Below, piece by piece: positions 10,788 through 22,683 of a stretch of DNA of 64,000 nucleotides. Source of the stretch: Histomonas meleagridis 2922-C6/04-290x (lineage: Eukaryota > Protista > Parabasalia); the NCBI GenBank assembly GCA_020184695.1, contig JAANOX010000080.1:186001-250000 (forward strand), in the 5' to 3' direction. The position numbers and the translations under genes are program-made. A model generated the notes under the pieces. The model saw only the letters and a program-made list of their open reading frames with translations. It searched no databases and was not told the origin of the DNA. Within the stretch, counting starts at the first letter, position 1, and each line of letters begins with the position of its first letter.

Positions 10788-11720
10788 TTATTCCTTAAGA
10801 AGAGATAAGGGCACACTTATTGTTATCATTGCATCCACATTTGATAATATGACAATAAGAGCCTTTTGGTCCTTTGAAGGAAATATGAAAATATTGTTAT
10901 ACTTCATGTTTTGATCTGGCCTTTGTTTGAGAGAAACAACGAGTTGCTTCATGTTATAGGTGTTAACAAAAACGAGTTTAGCACCTTTGCATAATCCGCA
11001 GAAATATCCTTTTTGAAAATCATAGATTGAACACCCTTTAACACCAAAAGAAATTCCTCCGATGACGTGGAATCCAAAATTATTTCTAATTTTTTTAACG
11101 ATTAAAACTTTTTCATCATCAACCAAAAATGAATAAATGTTCTGATTGCTGTCGAAATCGTTTACAGACTCATATTGGTTAAAAAAGAGATTTCCTTTGG
11201 AAAGAAGTAAGAATCCATCGTGGTACTGCTGGATTTTCGATACACTTATTTGTGCTTTTGAGATTATTTCTGGATTTAAACCTAGCCTGCAATGGATAAT
11301 TTGGGATTTTGTTATTACGGAAAATTCTCCAGGTATTGAAGAGCCAATTATATCAACAACGTTAGAAATACCTGATATTTTGAAAATTTGAACAACAAAT
11401 CCTAGAGAAAGGGAGATCAGTGTGAAGGCCCCACTTTCATCAAGAACAAGTAAATGTTCTTCGACAATATCTGAATTCTCAAATGAATTCTCAACGTTAT
11501 CTGAATCATACATTGGCGAAAGAAAAACAAAACAAACGTTTTGTATTGTATAGCTGCATGCAAATTTATGGTAAAAGATTCCAGAAAATGGCCGATTTGA
11601 AGAAAAAGGAGAACTGCAAAAAACCAGATTATCCTTGGCGAATACAATTTCCTTACCAATCCGCTTGACAAGTGAAGCCCTACCTTGGAATTCCACGCAG
11701 TCTGTCAAGCATGGCTTCAT
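10788..11720 (-). CDS. Hypothetical protein
   Basis: 310-codon ORF from first ATG; no family recognised. Confidence 0.6.
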   Translation of the reverse strand: MKPCLTDCVEFQGRASLVKRIGKEIVFAKDNLVFCSSPFSSNRPFSGIFYHKFACSYTIQNVCFVFLSPMYDSDNVENSFENSDIVEEHLLVLDESGAFTLISLSLGFVVQIFKISGISNVVDIIGSSIPGEFSVITKSQIIHCRLGLNPEIISKAQISVSKIQQYHDGFLLLSKGNLFFNQYESVNDFDSNQNIYSFLVDDEKVLIVKKIRNNFGFHVIGGISFGVKGCSIYDFQKGYFCGLCKGAKLVFVNTYNMKQLVVSLKQRPDQNMKYNNIFIFPSKDQKALIVILSNVDAMITISVPLSLLKE

Positions 11721-12573
11721 CTGATTGCAAGAAACTTTCAATTGAAAATTCAATCGAAATTTCAGTTATAAATTTTGCCAATTTTATTGGGATTTGGCAA
11801 AACTTAAAACGAATGTGTTGGAAAATATAAGGAAAACTATTATGATATTTTTTTCGAAATAGACTTTGAAGTATGAGGATATTTTAGGCCAAGAAATTAA
11901 GGAAGTTTTTGTTTTTATGAAATCAGGTCAATGATTAATACAAAAAATTATTATTGGATAAATTGATTTGTTTTTGACATAAATTTGTCCTGCAAAAGAA
12001 AAGTAGTTGTATTTTTGTAACTTTCTTTTTTTGGGTTAAATGCATTGATTTTTTTAGAGAATATATAACATCATTTATGAATGTTTTCAAAAATAAATTG
12101 GAACGAAGGACAATTTTATGTCATAAATGCTCATTGTAACAATGAGCACCTTTCTGGTTCGAAAAATTACGAGAAAATAAATCAGGAAACTTTCAAAAAA
12201 CGATCACATTTGACCGCATATTTGGACAGACGGTTTTCATTTCAAAGCAAATTTTGTCAAACATGTTTTCAGTAGTTTACTTTGAAATGGGAAGCTATGG
12301 CATTTTTCCAAAGAACCATTTTACTGTACTCAATGATCATTACTTATAATAAATTATAATATATGTAACATATACTTGAATTTTTCAAAAAAATTTCGGA
12401 AGAATTTTTCTAATTTATCTTATCCAAATTGATCAAAAACATTTAATTTTAATATAAAAATTAGTATGTTGGCAATATTGTATATAAAATCATAAGGTGT
12501 GTCCAATGAAAAAAGTTAAAATATATAATAGTGATATGAAATGTTGATTTATTCGATGGGGTTCCAAATTCAA

Positions 12574-13053
12574 TTATTCATCTTTTACAACTGACCACTT
12601 CGGGAACCAAAAAACTGGTGTAATTTCATCCTCAAGAAATGAGCAAAAAATAACTGTTTGGGTTTGATCACCAGGTGGACGGAAGAAATGAAAGTCACGG
12701 AATTTAGCTGAAACCCATCTCACGAGATGAGAAAATGATAAGACAAATGGATTTGATTGTTCGATTGTGTTTAATTGGTGCTGTTGTTTAATTAATTGAA
12801 CATAATCTTTTGCCCATAAGATAAGCTTATCTTTTGTCCAATTAATTTCCTCTAAGCCAAAGTCACGAACAAGATTGATTACGACTTCTACTGAATTTGG
12901 ATTTTCAGGTGGCAATTCTTCATTGAATATTGCTTTGAACTTCCCTCTTACAACATATACACCTTTCTCTTGGTCTTCCTGAAAGGGATAGCGTTCATCA
13001 AGGAAAACATGATTTGTAAAGATATCCTTATATTTTACTTTTCCTTCAGACAT
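12574..13053 (-). CDS. TCTP (translationally controlled tumour protein)-like
   Basis: YKDIFT..YP....VY.V.GK, VINLVRDFGLEE, F.DFHFF, EDEITP.FWFPK pattern resembles TCTP. Confidence 0.7.
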   Translation of the reverse strand: MSEGKVKYKDIFTNHVFLDERYPFQEDQEKGVYVVRGKFKAIFNEELPPENPNSVEVVINLVRDFGLEEINWTKDKLILWAKDYVQLIKQQHQLNTIEQSNPFVLSFSHLVRWVSAKFRDFHFFRPPGDQTQTVIFCSFLEDEITPVFWFPKWSVVKDE

Positions 13054-13768
13054 TTTTTAAAATTGACTATGTTTGTTCAAACATCCAAAAAATCGAATTT
13101 CAAGATACTTGGAAACAATCTCATTTTAAATTTTCGGGCATACTGTGTGAAGGCCCAAAAAAATAATAAATTTCCAGTAAATTTTTAATACAAAATGTTG
13201 TATTCCTATTTTGTAAAATTACAATTATTTGCTTAATATAAAAAAAAATCTATAGATTTAACAACTTTCTTTTTAGAAATTATAAGCAAAGAATATATAT
13301 TATAAGCAGGAAGCAGAAAGAATGTTCAACAAAAAAATTGTCAACGGTTATTGTATTCAATTTTCGGCCATTTCCTATCTAATTCGTTGGGTTTAGTTCG
13401 TACAAAAACTTCACAAAAGTTAGGGACACTTGATCAGATCTGTAATCCTTGTGCTAAATTATTCATAAGGGAAAGAGATGACCAAAATTTTAATGTAATT
13501 AATTATGATTAAATGTTGAGAATTTTTAAAAAAAAAAACATATGTTTTTAAGCAAGAAAGTGTGAAGATATTTGTAGTGTCTTCGATTGAGATGGATATT
13601 AGAGTAAAAATGAGAATGAGAATCAATCAAATGTATATTTTTGATTAGTACTAACAAAAATTTCCTAACACCAAGTTCGTGTATCTTGTGGACAATATCA
13701 CCCGAATCATTTGAGGCGAGGAATTTTCTTGAATGGATATATAAAAGACGTTTAAAAGAACGTTATAA

Positions 13769-14365
13769 ATGCGAAGGTCTTCTCGCATCCAAAGCAGCAG
13801 AACCAAAGCGAATTCACCCCAACCATTGACACTTGAAGAAAAAAGAAAACTTTTGAGAGAAACAAGAGTTTCTGACTCTGTTATTGAGCAACAATTATTA
13901 AATATTGATCAAGACATTGGAACAATTTCTGTTGAAACATCTCAAAAACAAAAAAACACAGATATGTTAATTGATGAAATTCAAAATGATTTAGCACAGA
14001 GTGAGGAAGTTGTATCGAAAATAACATCTTATCATTTTTCAACTCAACATGAATACGAACAGAAACTGAACAGCCTAAAAGATAGAATAGCAGGGCTTGA
14101 AAGCCAGCTTCGTGATGCAGAAGCTGAATTAGCAAATCTTAAATCAGAAAAGAAAAGAGTTATGGCAGAAAAAGATTCTATCATTGAGAATCAAAAAAGA
14201 GAAATGAAAGAAATGGCATATCAGTTTAGTGATATGCTTATGAAAACATTAATCACAATTACAGAAGATTTTGAAACACAAATTGATTTAGATCAAGATG
14301 AGATCTCATCTTTGCCACATAAAGAGCGTCTAAAAGAATTCAATCTTGATCGAATTCGTATTTAA
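13769..14365 (+). CDS. Coiled-coil protein, possibly DRC12/CCDC153-like
   Basis: Heptad-rich; C-terminal EKD.II..MKEM..QFSDML..TL and HKERLKEFNL recall DRC12. Confidence 0.5.
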   Translation: MRRSSRIQSSRTKANSPQPLTLEEKRKLLRETRVSDSVIEQQLLNIDQDIGTISVETSQKQKNTDMLIDEIQNDLAQSEEVVSKITSYHFSTQHEYEQKLNSLKDRIAGLESQLRDAEAELANLKSEKKRVMAEKDSIIENQKREMKEMAYQFSDMLMKTLITITEDFETQIDLDQDEISSLPHKERLKEFNLDRIRI

Positions 14366-15036
14366 TTAAATGTTTTCAATCTCTAATTTTTTTTTTATTT
14401 CTAATCATTTACTATTAGCTGTAGGTAAGATGTGAACAAAACATAATTAGTTAATTAAATTTTAAATTGGAGATATTTTTAAATTAATTGTCCATACAAT
14501 TTAGCCATATAATGAGGTGTCTTTGATCGATTAAGTCAAATTTTCATATGATTTTCTTCCATATATCCTCCCATTTGTTTATGATAATAAATAATTTATC
14601 AGAAATTAATCATAAAATTGGACATCAATTTTGTTGTTATGCTCTTTCCGGGAAGATTACATAAAAACACATTCATTTAAAATTAATTTTTTTAATGTAT
14701 ACATTCATTTTAATAATTATTATCATATTCTAGCTGATGGTGCACATCTAATATTTTCTTTAAATAATTATAGATGACTTGAAAATTGCAAAATAATGAT
14801 TTTTATTGGGTTGTATTCACATAAAGATTCGAATTCACAATATGCCCCCTCAAAAAATAAAATAATTACTATCAAATTGATTGTGTTATGTTTATGACAC
14901 TTGACAAAACCGCCTTTTTACGGTCAATTGCGATCAAAAATAATTCAATCAATGCCTCTTTCACAGTTTCGGTTATTTTGAATTCAGGTTTTTCAATGAT
15001 GCGGTATGGTTCCCCAATTTTAACGTACGTGAGAAA

Positions 15037-18000
15037 ATGGAAAAAGAAGGAAAAAAGCATGAAAAAATGAAAACTCCAGGAATTACGAAGCAGCTAAATA
15101 AATACCATAAAAACATACAAAAGAGGGTATCAACAAGAGATATAAATGAAATTTCAGAATATCTTTTCCCAATTGTTCCTGTAATGGCTGAATTAATAGC
15201 AAAGCATATCGAAAGTGGTCAATCTGACTCAAAGTTCCAAAAGGCTATGACTTCAAATTTAACTTTAATCATTCAAATTCTAAAGTCAAAACAATTTTCA
15301 CAAACAATAAATTCTTGTGAATACATTCTATTTATCACAGGACTTGCTAAAATTATGAGTGTTGTTTCAAAACTAAATGATCAAAAATTTGAAAAGAAGA
15401 TGTGGATCAAAACTGTTGAAATAGTTTCTCACTTAACAAACATACCAACTATTGACTTTTGGGAAGAACCCATACATAAAGTCTTTTTAATGAATCGAAG
15501 AAAAGGGCCAATTTCATCAGATTCCATTTCCATTTTCACCAAAAAAGTACGTTATCTACGTGACTATATACTCCAATCACAGACGGAAGAATATATATTC
15601 ATTTGGTGGCCATTAATTTCCAAAGTTATTCTTCCAATTTTTATTCAGATCAATCCATTTGAAAGTTATTGTGTATTTTCACAATGTCCCAGTTCTGTTT
15701 TCCTTGACATTTCAAAGATTACTCAACATCCAAGCTTTCGTGAATATTTTAAGATCAATAGCAAGACATCATTTGAAGTCATATCACTTGTCAAACTTTT
15801 ATTTATCTCATATACGGACTTTCCAGATAATGTTGATATTAATACAGTCCAATGGATATTTGATGAACTTTGTTCCAAGACGTCTGAAATTGATTCTTTT
15901 TTTGAAACAATTGGGAAAAGTTATGTTGAAAACTTTTTATTAATATTTAAATTTTTAGCTATTTCATCAATCCGAAGAGAAGAACCAACAACTCATTTTC
16001 TAACATTATTTAATTTATGTACATATATATTACCGAAATATCCGGAACATATCAAAAAAGTATTAATGATAATTGATAATGAAACATGGAAATTTTCTAA
16101 GATTTTATCGACATATTTTTATTTACATTTTACATTTTACTTTCAAATTACTGATTCTGGTGTTTGGGATTATTTAAAAACAAAAGTAACAAATTCAAAC
16201 AATCTTTATTCAGTTTATTTCGGATTTATATCAATCGTTTCTATTTTGTTTTATCCTATTTTATATAAAATTTCAAATGAATCCATAAGTAATTATTTAA
16301 ATCAATTATTCGATAAAAATCAACGAATTCAAGACGAAGATAATAATAATAATAACGTCGATCAAATTCATTTTGATCAAGTTGATTTATTATTTAATCA
16401 TCCATATGAATTTGAAAACATTTTAACAGAAAAGAGAAAATGGAAAGTTAACATTATAAATAGTAAAAATTATTCATTACCAAATTTAACGTTAAGTCGG
16501 AATGATTGGAAATATAAAAAAGCTTTAGAATATACAAATTGTTTATTAAGACTTTGTCCGAATGAAGAAGAAATTTATAACGTTTATGGTATATTTATCG
16601 AGAATTTTGTTTTAATTAATGAAATTATTCCGCCACGATTTTTATTTAATGCAACAAAAATTGTACAAAATTTGTTTTATGATTTAGTAATTTTTTCTTT
16701 AAACAAAAAACCTAATTTAGAAATTGCTAAATTTTTGAATTTTTTACTTTATAACGTTGCAGCAATTGACTTCGAAAATGATTTTGTCGAAAAATATATC
16801 GAAATGTTAGTGAAATTATTATGTGATATAACAAAAGAAAATATCATCGAAATGTTTCCAATATATTTGGCAGCATTGTTTAAACTCTCCCCAACTTCTC
16901 ATATAATAATTCCATTTTTTTCAACGCAAATTAAAGAATTATCACCAATATCATTCGATGATAAACAATTTTGGATGTTTATATTAACTTCTTTTAGTAT
17001 ATGTACATCGAATCAACAAATTAATTTGAAATCCGATTTTATAAATAAATTATATTTTTGGGATAATAACAAAAGTTTAATTTCATGTACTAAAAGTTTT
17101 ATTGAATCAAAAGATTCATCGAAAGTTATACCTATTTTACAAGAAATCATTAAAAACGATTTCGAAAATGTAACTTTTAATATGTTTATCTCAATTTTAT
17201 TAATTGTTTTATATAATTCAAATAAATCGATTGATTTAATTTGGTTGAAAATCATTTTCCAAAATATTATTAATTCAAAAGATTTAATTAAAAATTATAT
17301 AAGAGCTTTTCAAACATTTCCTGAGATTTTTTCTTTAATTCATGAGAAAATTGATGGTTTTCTCGATTTGCTTTTAGAAAATTTTGAGAATTTCATTGAT
17401 TTCGATGATTTAAATTCGTTTTGGATCATTTTCTTTTCATATTTTGATATGTATAGAAATATTCCCGAATTTCTTCCAGAGTTATTTGAAACCCTGAAAC
17501 GAATTTCGAAGAAAATTCCAACAAATTTCCAAAAACAATATTCCCAAATCATTAATTCATTACCATTTTCATTTTATGAAGAATGTACATTTAATACCAA
17601 AGTTAAAGATTCGACTGTTTTTCTTTTATTAAGACAAAATCATGCGATATTCACATTTAATAATATTAATGATCGAACATTTTCATTAAATTCTCGTGTC
17701 CCGAATTCATTATTTAAATGTAATGTTACATTTCTTAAGACGAATACTAAAAATTATATTTTAAGTGATAAACCAAAACTTCCATATGTAGAATATAAAA
17801 ATAAAAACGAAGAAGAAAAATTTGATTTTTATTTTGAAGAAGAACTTAAAAATGTTTTCCCCGAAGTTATTAATGAAGATGAATTATTCTTTAGTGATCT
17901 TATCGAATTAACAGTTCCGGAACCAATTAATGAAGTAACAATTGATATAAATAATAATGAAAATGAAAACGAAAATGAAAACTATCGAAATTCAAGTGAT

Positions 18001-18756
18001 CAAAATTTATTTAATATTCGAACATTACAAAAAGATCCGAAATTTTTTGATTTTACTTTACTTTTTTATAACATGAATGATATTCTTAAATGTTATGAAT
18101 CAGAAGCACATATAAATCGAAAAATTTCACAAGTATTAACTTATCGACCATTCGAATGTCTCAAAATTGGAATTGTTTATGTTAAAAAAGGACAATTTGA
18201 TCAAAATGAAATCCTTTCAAACACGACAAAAGATACAACGCAATTATACAATGATTTTCTTTTAAGTTTAGGCAAACTAATTGAACTTAATAAACATGAA
18301 AAATATGATGGAATACTTGACACTAAAAATTGTTCGACAGGTAAATATTCATTGTTTTATAAGAACAATCGAATGGAAGTAATGTTCCATGTTTCGACTT
18401 TAATGCCGAATAAAGAAAATGATGAACAAAGAATTGTTAAGAAAAGACATATCGGTAATGATAACGTTACTATAGTATGGTGTGAAAACCCTTATGGTTA
18501 TGACCCTAAAACAATTTCTTCGCATTTTAATGACGCACATATTGTTGTGTATCCTTATGATGATAAAACTTTTGGTGTGTTGACTTATAAGAAAAATAAA
18601 AATTGGAATATTTTCCCATTGCCAAAATGTTCGATTTTGACCGCTGGTCCAATTGGCGCTTTGGTAAGATGGACTGCTATTATAGCTGATAGATTAATAA
18701 GAGAAGAAAATGAAGTTCCGTTAAATGGTTATAATTTACTATATGAACAAATATAA
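15037..18756 (+). CDS. Rap/Ran-GAP domain protein (RalGAP-alpha/tuberin-like)
   Basis: C-terminal KIGIVYVKKGQ, EILSN, EVMFHVSTLMP, KKRHIGNDNVTIVW. Confidence 0.9.
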   Translation: MEKEGKKHEKMKTPGITKQLNKYHKNIQKRVSTRDINEISEYLFPIVPVMAELIAKHIESGQSDSKFQKAMTSNLTLIIQILKSKQFSQTINSCEYILFITGLAKIMSVVSKLNDQKFEKKMWIKTVEIVSHLTNIPTIDFWEEPIHKVFLMNRRKGPISSDSISIFTKKVRYLRDYILQSQTEEYIFIWWPLISKVILPIFIQINPFESYCVFSQCPSSVFLDISKITQHPSFREYFKINSKTSFEVISLVKLLFISYTDFPDNVDINTVQWIFDELCSKTSEIDSFFETIGKSYVENFLLIFKFLAISSIRREEPTTHFLTLFNLCTYILPKYPEHIKKVLMIIDNETWKFSKILSTYFYLHFTFYFQITDSGVWDYLKTKVTNSNNLYSVYFGFISIVSILFYPILYKISNESISNYLNQLFDKNQRIQDEDNNNNNVDQIHFDQVDLLFNHPYEFENILTEKRKWKVNIINSKNYSLPNLTLSRNDWKYKKALEYTNCLLRLCPNEEEIYNVYGIFIENFVLINEIIPPRFLFNATKIVQNLFYDLVIFSLNKKPNLEIAKFLNFLLYNVAAIDFENDFVEKYIEMLVKLLCDITKENIIEMFPIYLAALFKLSPTSHIIIPFFSTQIKELSPISFDDKQFWMFILTSFSICTSNQQINLKSDFINKLYFWDNNKSLISCTKSFIESKDSSKVIPILQEIIKNDFENVTFNMFISILLIVLYNSNKSIDLIWLKIIFQNIINSKDLIKNYIRAFQTFPEIFSLIHEKIDGFLDLLLENFENFIDFDDLNSFWIIFFSYFDMYRNIPEFLPELFETLKRISKKIPTNFQKQYSQIINSLPFSFYEECTFNTKVKDSTVFLLLRQNHAIFTFNNINDRTFSLNSRVPNSLFKCNVTFLKTNTKNYILSDKPKLPYVEYKNKNEEEKFDFYFEEELKNVFPEVINEDELFFSDLIELTVPEPINEVTIDINNNENENENENYRNSSDQNLFNIRTLQKDPKFFDFTLLFYNMNDILKCYESEAHINRKISQVLTYRPFECLKIGIVYVKKGQFDQNEILSNTTKDTTQLYNDFLLSLGKLIELNKHEKYDGILDTKNCSTGKYSLFYKNNRMEVMFHVSTLMPNKENDEQRIVKKRHIGNDNVTIVWCENPYGYDPKTISSHFNDAHIVVYPYDDKTFGVLTYKKNKNWNIFPLPKCSILTAGPIGALVRWTAIIADRLIREENEVPLNGYNLLYEQI

Positions 18757-18979
18757 TAAATGTTTTATTATTTTTATTTTTGGTTTTCATATAAACTAAA
18801 TGATCATCGTGTTTTTTGTATTATTTTTATTGGTATTGAGAACCAATAATTAATTTGTGGTCATTTTATTTGATATGTGTCTAATCTAGTGATCAACAGA
18901 AGATAAAATTTTTTTTCGAAAAAAAAAAACGCATTTTAATAACTTTTACTAAGTTGTTTTAGACATATGTCTAAGAGAA

Positions 18980-20010
18980 ATAAATATCTTTTGCATTAGC
19001 ATCAATTCCTTCTAAGTAACTGAGCTATTTCTGTATGACCTTTTGAAGATGCATAAATAAGTGCTGTATTAAATAATTTAAATAATTTTCAAATATAATT
19101 TTGAAATAATAAATTATTATAATAAATACAAAATAAAACAAATAAATATCTTTAGCATTAATATCAATTCCTTCTTGTTCAAGAAGTAATTTGACAATTT
19201 CTATATGACCATTTGATGATGCCAAAATAAGTGCTGTATTAAATAATTTAAATAATTTCCAAATATTATTTTGAAATATAAAATTATTAAAATAAATTTT
19301 AATTAAAACAAATAAATATCTTTAGCATTAATATCAATTCCTTCTTGTTCAAGAAGTAATTTAACTATTTCTATTCGGCCATTTGAAGATGCTAAAATTA
19401 TTAATGTTTTAAATAATTTCCAAATATTATTATAAAATTATTAAAATAAATTTCAAATAAAACAAATAAATATCTTTTATATTAATAACAATTCCTTTTT
19501 GTCCAAGTAAAAAGTTAAATATATTAACTTTTATAAAATAATCAATTGATTTGTTAAAAACGATTCAACAAACTTCATAATAGTTATCGAAATTATTGTC
19601 ATAAAGATATTTAAAGATATCATTTCGATGGAATTCAATTGCTGTCTCATATGCATCTTCAAATGATGAATGGTTTTGTTCACATAAATGAATAATTTCT
19701 TCATTTCCACCTGCAATTGCATATTTACCTGCATTATATACTTTTGCATTATTCATAAGTAAATATTTAAAACATTTAATTGATCCAAAAAATGTTGCAT
19801 AATCATTTAACGTGACATTTTCTTTATTAATAAATGAGCATCTTTCATTAAGTGATGGTTCAATTTCTTGATTATAATCAAAATTACTTTGTGATGACAT
19901 TTCTTGAAGTTTTTCGATTTCATCATTTCGCATTATTTGTGCAATCTCATTAGGATTAACTCCTTCTTTAATTAATTTTTTATGAAGTTCCCAATCATTT
20001 TGTGAAAGCT
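18980..20010 (-). pseudogene. 5'-truncated, internally deleted DUF3447/ankyrin copy with spacers of 58, 74 and 74 nt
   Basis: NDWELHKKLIKEGVNPN..DYATFFGSIKCF; spacers at 19414-19471, 19244-19317 and 19074-19147; last repeat frameshifted. Confidence 0.8.
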
Positions 20011-20221
20011 ACGAAGATATTTATAAGATTTGTACAGTAGTATTTTTTTAATAAGTCATTTGGAAAATGATGTGCATAATAAAATTGATCCACTTTTTGA
20101 TAAAAAAGTGCGTTGCGAACTTGATGACCTTCTTTTCAACCCGATTCGATCGTCTTTACGGTTTATTAGAAAAATTAACTCAGTAAAACGGCCGTTAAAA
20201 TTGGTAGTTATTTTATTCCAA

Positions 20222-22639
20222 ATGGGGAACGAAAATAGCAAGCATTCAAGCGAAGATTCAACTTCTATGAAAACACCAGCTGAAATACAAGCATGTTTCC
20301 GAAATATACAAACATTTGAAAAAATAATTTTTGATTTAAAAAAGGACAATATATCAACATCAGTAAATACGATCATGAGTTTACATGACTTTAGTTATCC
20401 ACATACTTTTAATATACTCTTAAGTCAATTAATTTATTCTTCATATATTAGCCGAAAGGACGTTTCTTTTGAAGTTTATTTTCAATTCATCTATGAAATC
20501 ACACAAAGAGAAGAAGCGATTCAAAATTATTGCCGCCTTATTGATGTATTCACACAATTCATTATTAATGTTAATACCACAGAGTCATATCCTATTATTA
20601 ACATGTTAATTGAGCAAAATTATTTAACACCAAAAACATTTACAAAAAGATCTCTTTACTTTGCACATTATTTAGGAGATAATTTTTCTATGTTCATTAA
20701 AGAATCAAATTTACCATACTGTGTATATATGAACCAACATCTTAAAGAAATATCAAATAATGATTGGGAACTTCATAAGAAATATATTAAAAAAGGATGT
20801 AATCAAAGTAAAATCACAAAAATAATTCGAAAAGATAAAGTTGAAAAACTTCAAGAAATTGCATCTATCGAAAACTTTGATCCCAAACAAAAAATCATTC
20901 CATCATTATATGAATACCATTCTTTTGTTAATAAAGAGAATGTTACATTAATTGATTATGCTGCATTTTTCGGATCTGTAAAATGTTTTAAGTTTTTACT
21001 TTCTTATGATATTCCTATATATAGTGCATTTGTATTTGCACTTGCTGGTGGTAGTGATGAAATAATACATATGTGTGAACAATATAATGCTTCATTTGAA
21101 GGCACATTAGAAATAATAATACAATTCCATCGAAATGCTTTGTTTCATTATCTATTTGATAATAAACTTGTTCGATTTAATAATTTGGAAAATTTGGGTA
21201 AAAAATGTGTTATGTTTAATAACTATGAAATATTTACATTGTTACTTCAAAATGGTATGAAAATTAATGATGATATTATAAATGAATTTGCGAAAAATGG
21301 AAATTTATATATTATTAAAGATTTAATTCCAAGTTAACTAGGAAATGTTGAACTTGCAAATTATATAAAACAACAAACGAAAATTAATATTAATGAGAAA
21401 ATAATATTTTTGTTTTGTTTAATGTTTCATTTTAAGTTTTGGAGTTAATTCAATTTTTTTAAAACTGCACTTATTTGGGCAGCTAAAAGTGGAAACTTAG
21501 GATTAGTTAAATTCCTTCTTGAACAAAATGGAATTGATGTTAACCTTAGAAACATTTATTTGTTTTATTTTTTATTTATTATAATATTTTAATATTTCAT
21601 AATAACATTTGAAAATTATTTAAATTATTTCCATCTGCACTTATGTGTGCTTCTAAATCAGGTTCTACAGAAATTGTTAAATTACTTCTTTCGCATTATG
21701 AAATCGATGTTAATTGTAATGTTGTTTATATTTTTTATTTAATATTTCAAGATAATATTTGGAAATTTTTAAAATTATTTGAAACAGCTCTTATATTGGC
21801 AGTTAAAAATGGTCACAAAGAAATTGTTAAATTACTTGTTGAACATGATGGAATTAATATTAATTATGGTGATATTTCTTTATTTTATTTTATGTTTAAT
21901 TTAATAATTTGATATTTCATAATAAAATAAAATATTTACATAAAATATTTAAAACTGCACTTATTTGGGCAATTGAAAAAGGTTATGTAGAAATAGTTAA
22001 ATTACTTCTTTCACAATATCAAATCGATGTTAATGTTAGGAATATTTATTTGTTTTATTTAAAATTTATTAGTTTTATTTAAAATTTGTTTTAATAATTC
22101 CAAATTTCATAATAATATTTGGAAATTATTTATATTATTTTATACACCACTTATATTAGCATCTGAAAAAGGTAATAGTGAAATTGTTCAAATGCTTCTT
22201 GAGCATGAAGGAATTGATGTTAATTCTAAAAATATTTAAAATTTTTATTAAATGATAATTTTAATTTCTTGACATTCCAAAACAATTATTGGAAATTAGT
22301 TAAATTGTTTGAAACAGCACTTATGAAAGCAACGGCAGTCGGTATCGATGCATATATAACAAATTTACTTCTTGAGCATAAAGGAATTGATGTTAATGCT
22401 GTTGATGTTTATATTTTTAATTTAAAAATTATTTTATTATTTTAATATTTCAAAATAATTTTTGGAATATATTTATATTATACAAAACTGCACTTACAAA
22501 AGCGCATTTAGTTCACCGTAAAGAAATTATTCAATTTCTTCTCGAGTCTGGTGCAACTGATCCACAAGAAGAGAAAAAATATTTATTCATTTCATTTAGA
22601 ATTTTATTTATATTTTTCGAAAAATATAAATGCATCTAA
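20222..22639 (+). CDS. DUF3447/ankyrin gene with 7 spacer-interrupted repeats (in-frame TAA at 21335, so possibly a pseudogene)
   Basis: Starts MGNENSK; DUF3447-type core; spacers of 54, 74, 54, 74, 94, 74 and 74 nt starting at 21404, 21554, 21724, 21874, 22044, 22234 and 22407. Confidence 0.7.
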
Positions 22640-22683
22640 AAATAAATAAAAAAACGCATTGAACATAATAAAATTTTTTTTAA

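Noticed and set aside
11760-12570. Short ORFs in AT-rich intergenic DNA (e.g. 12081-12275; also 717-908, 8313-8513, 61204-61467)
   Set aside because: Short, compositionally biased and without motifs; 8313-8513 overlaps a tRNA.
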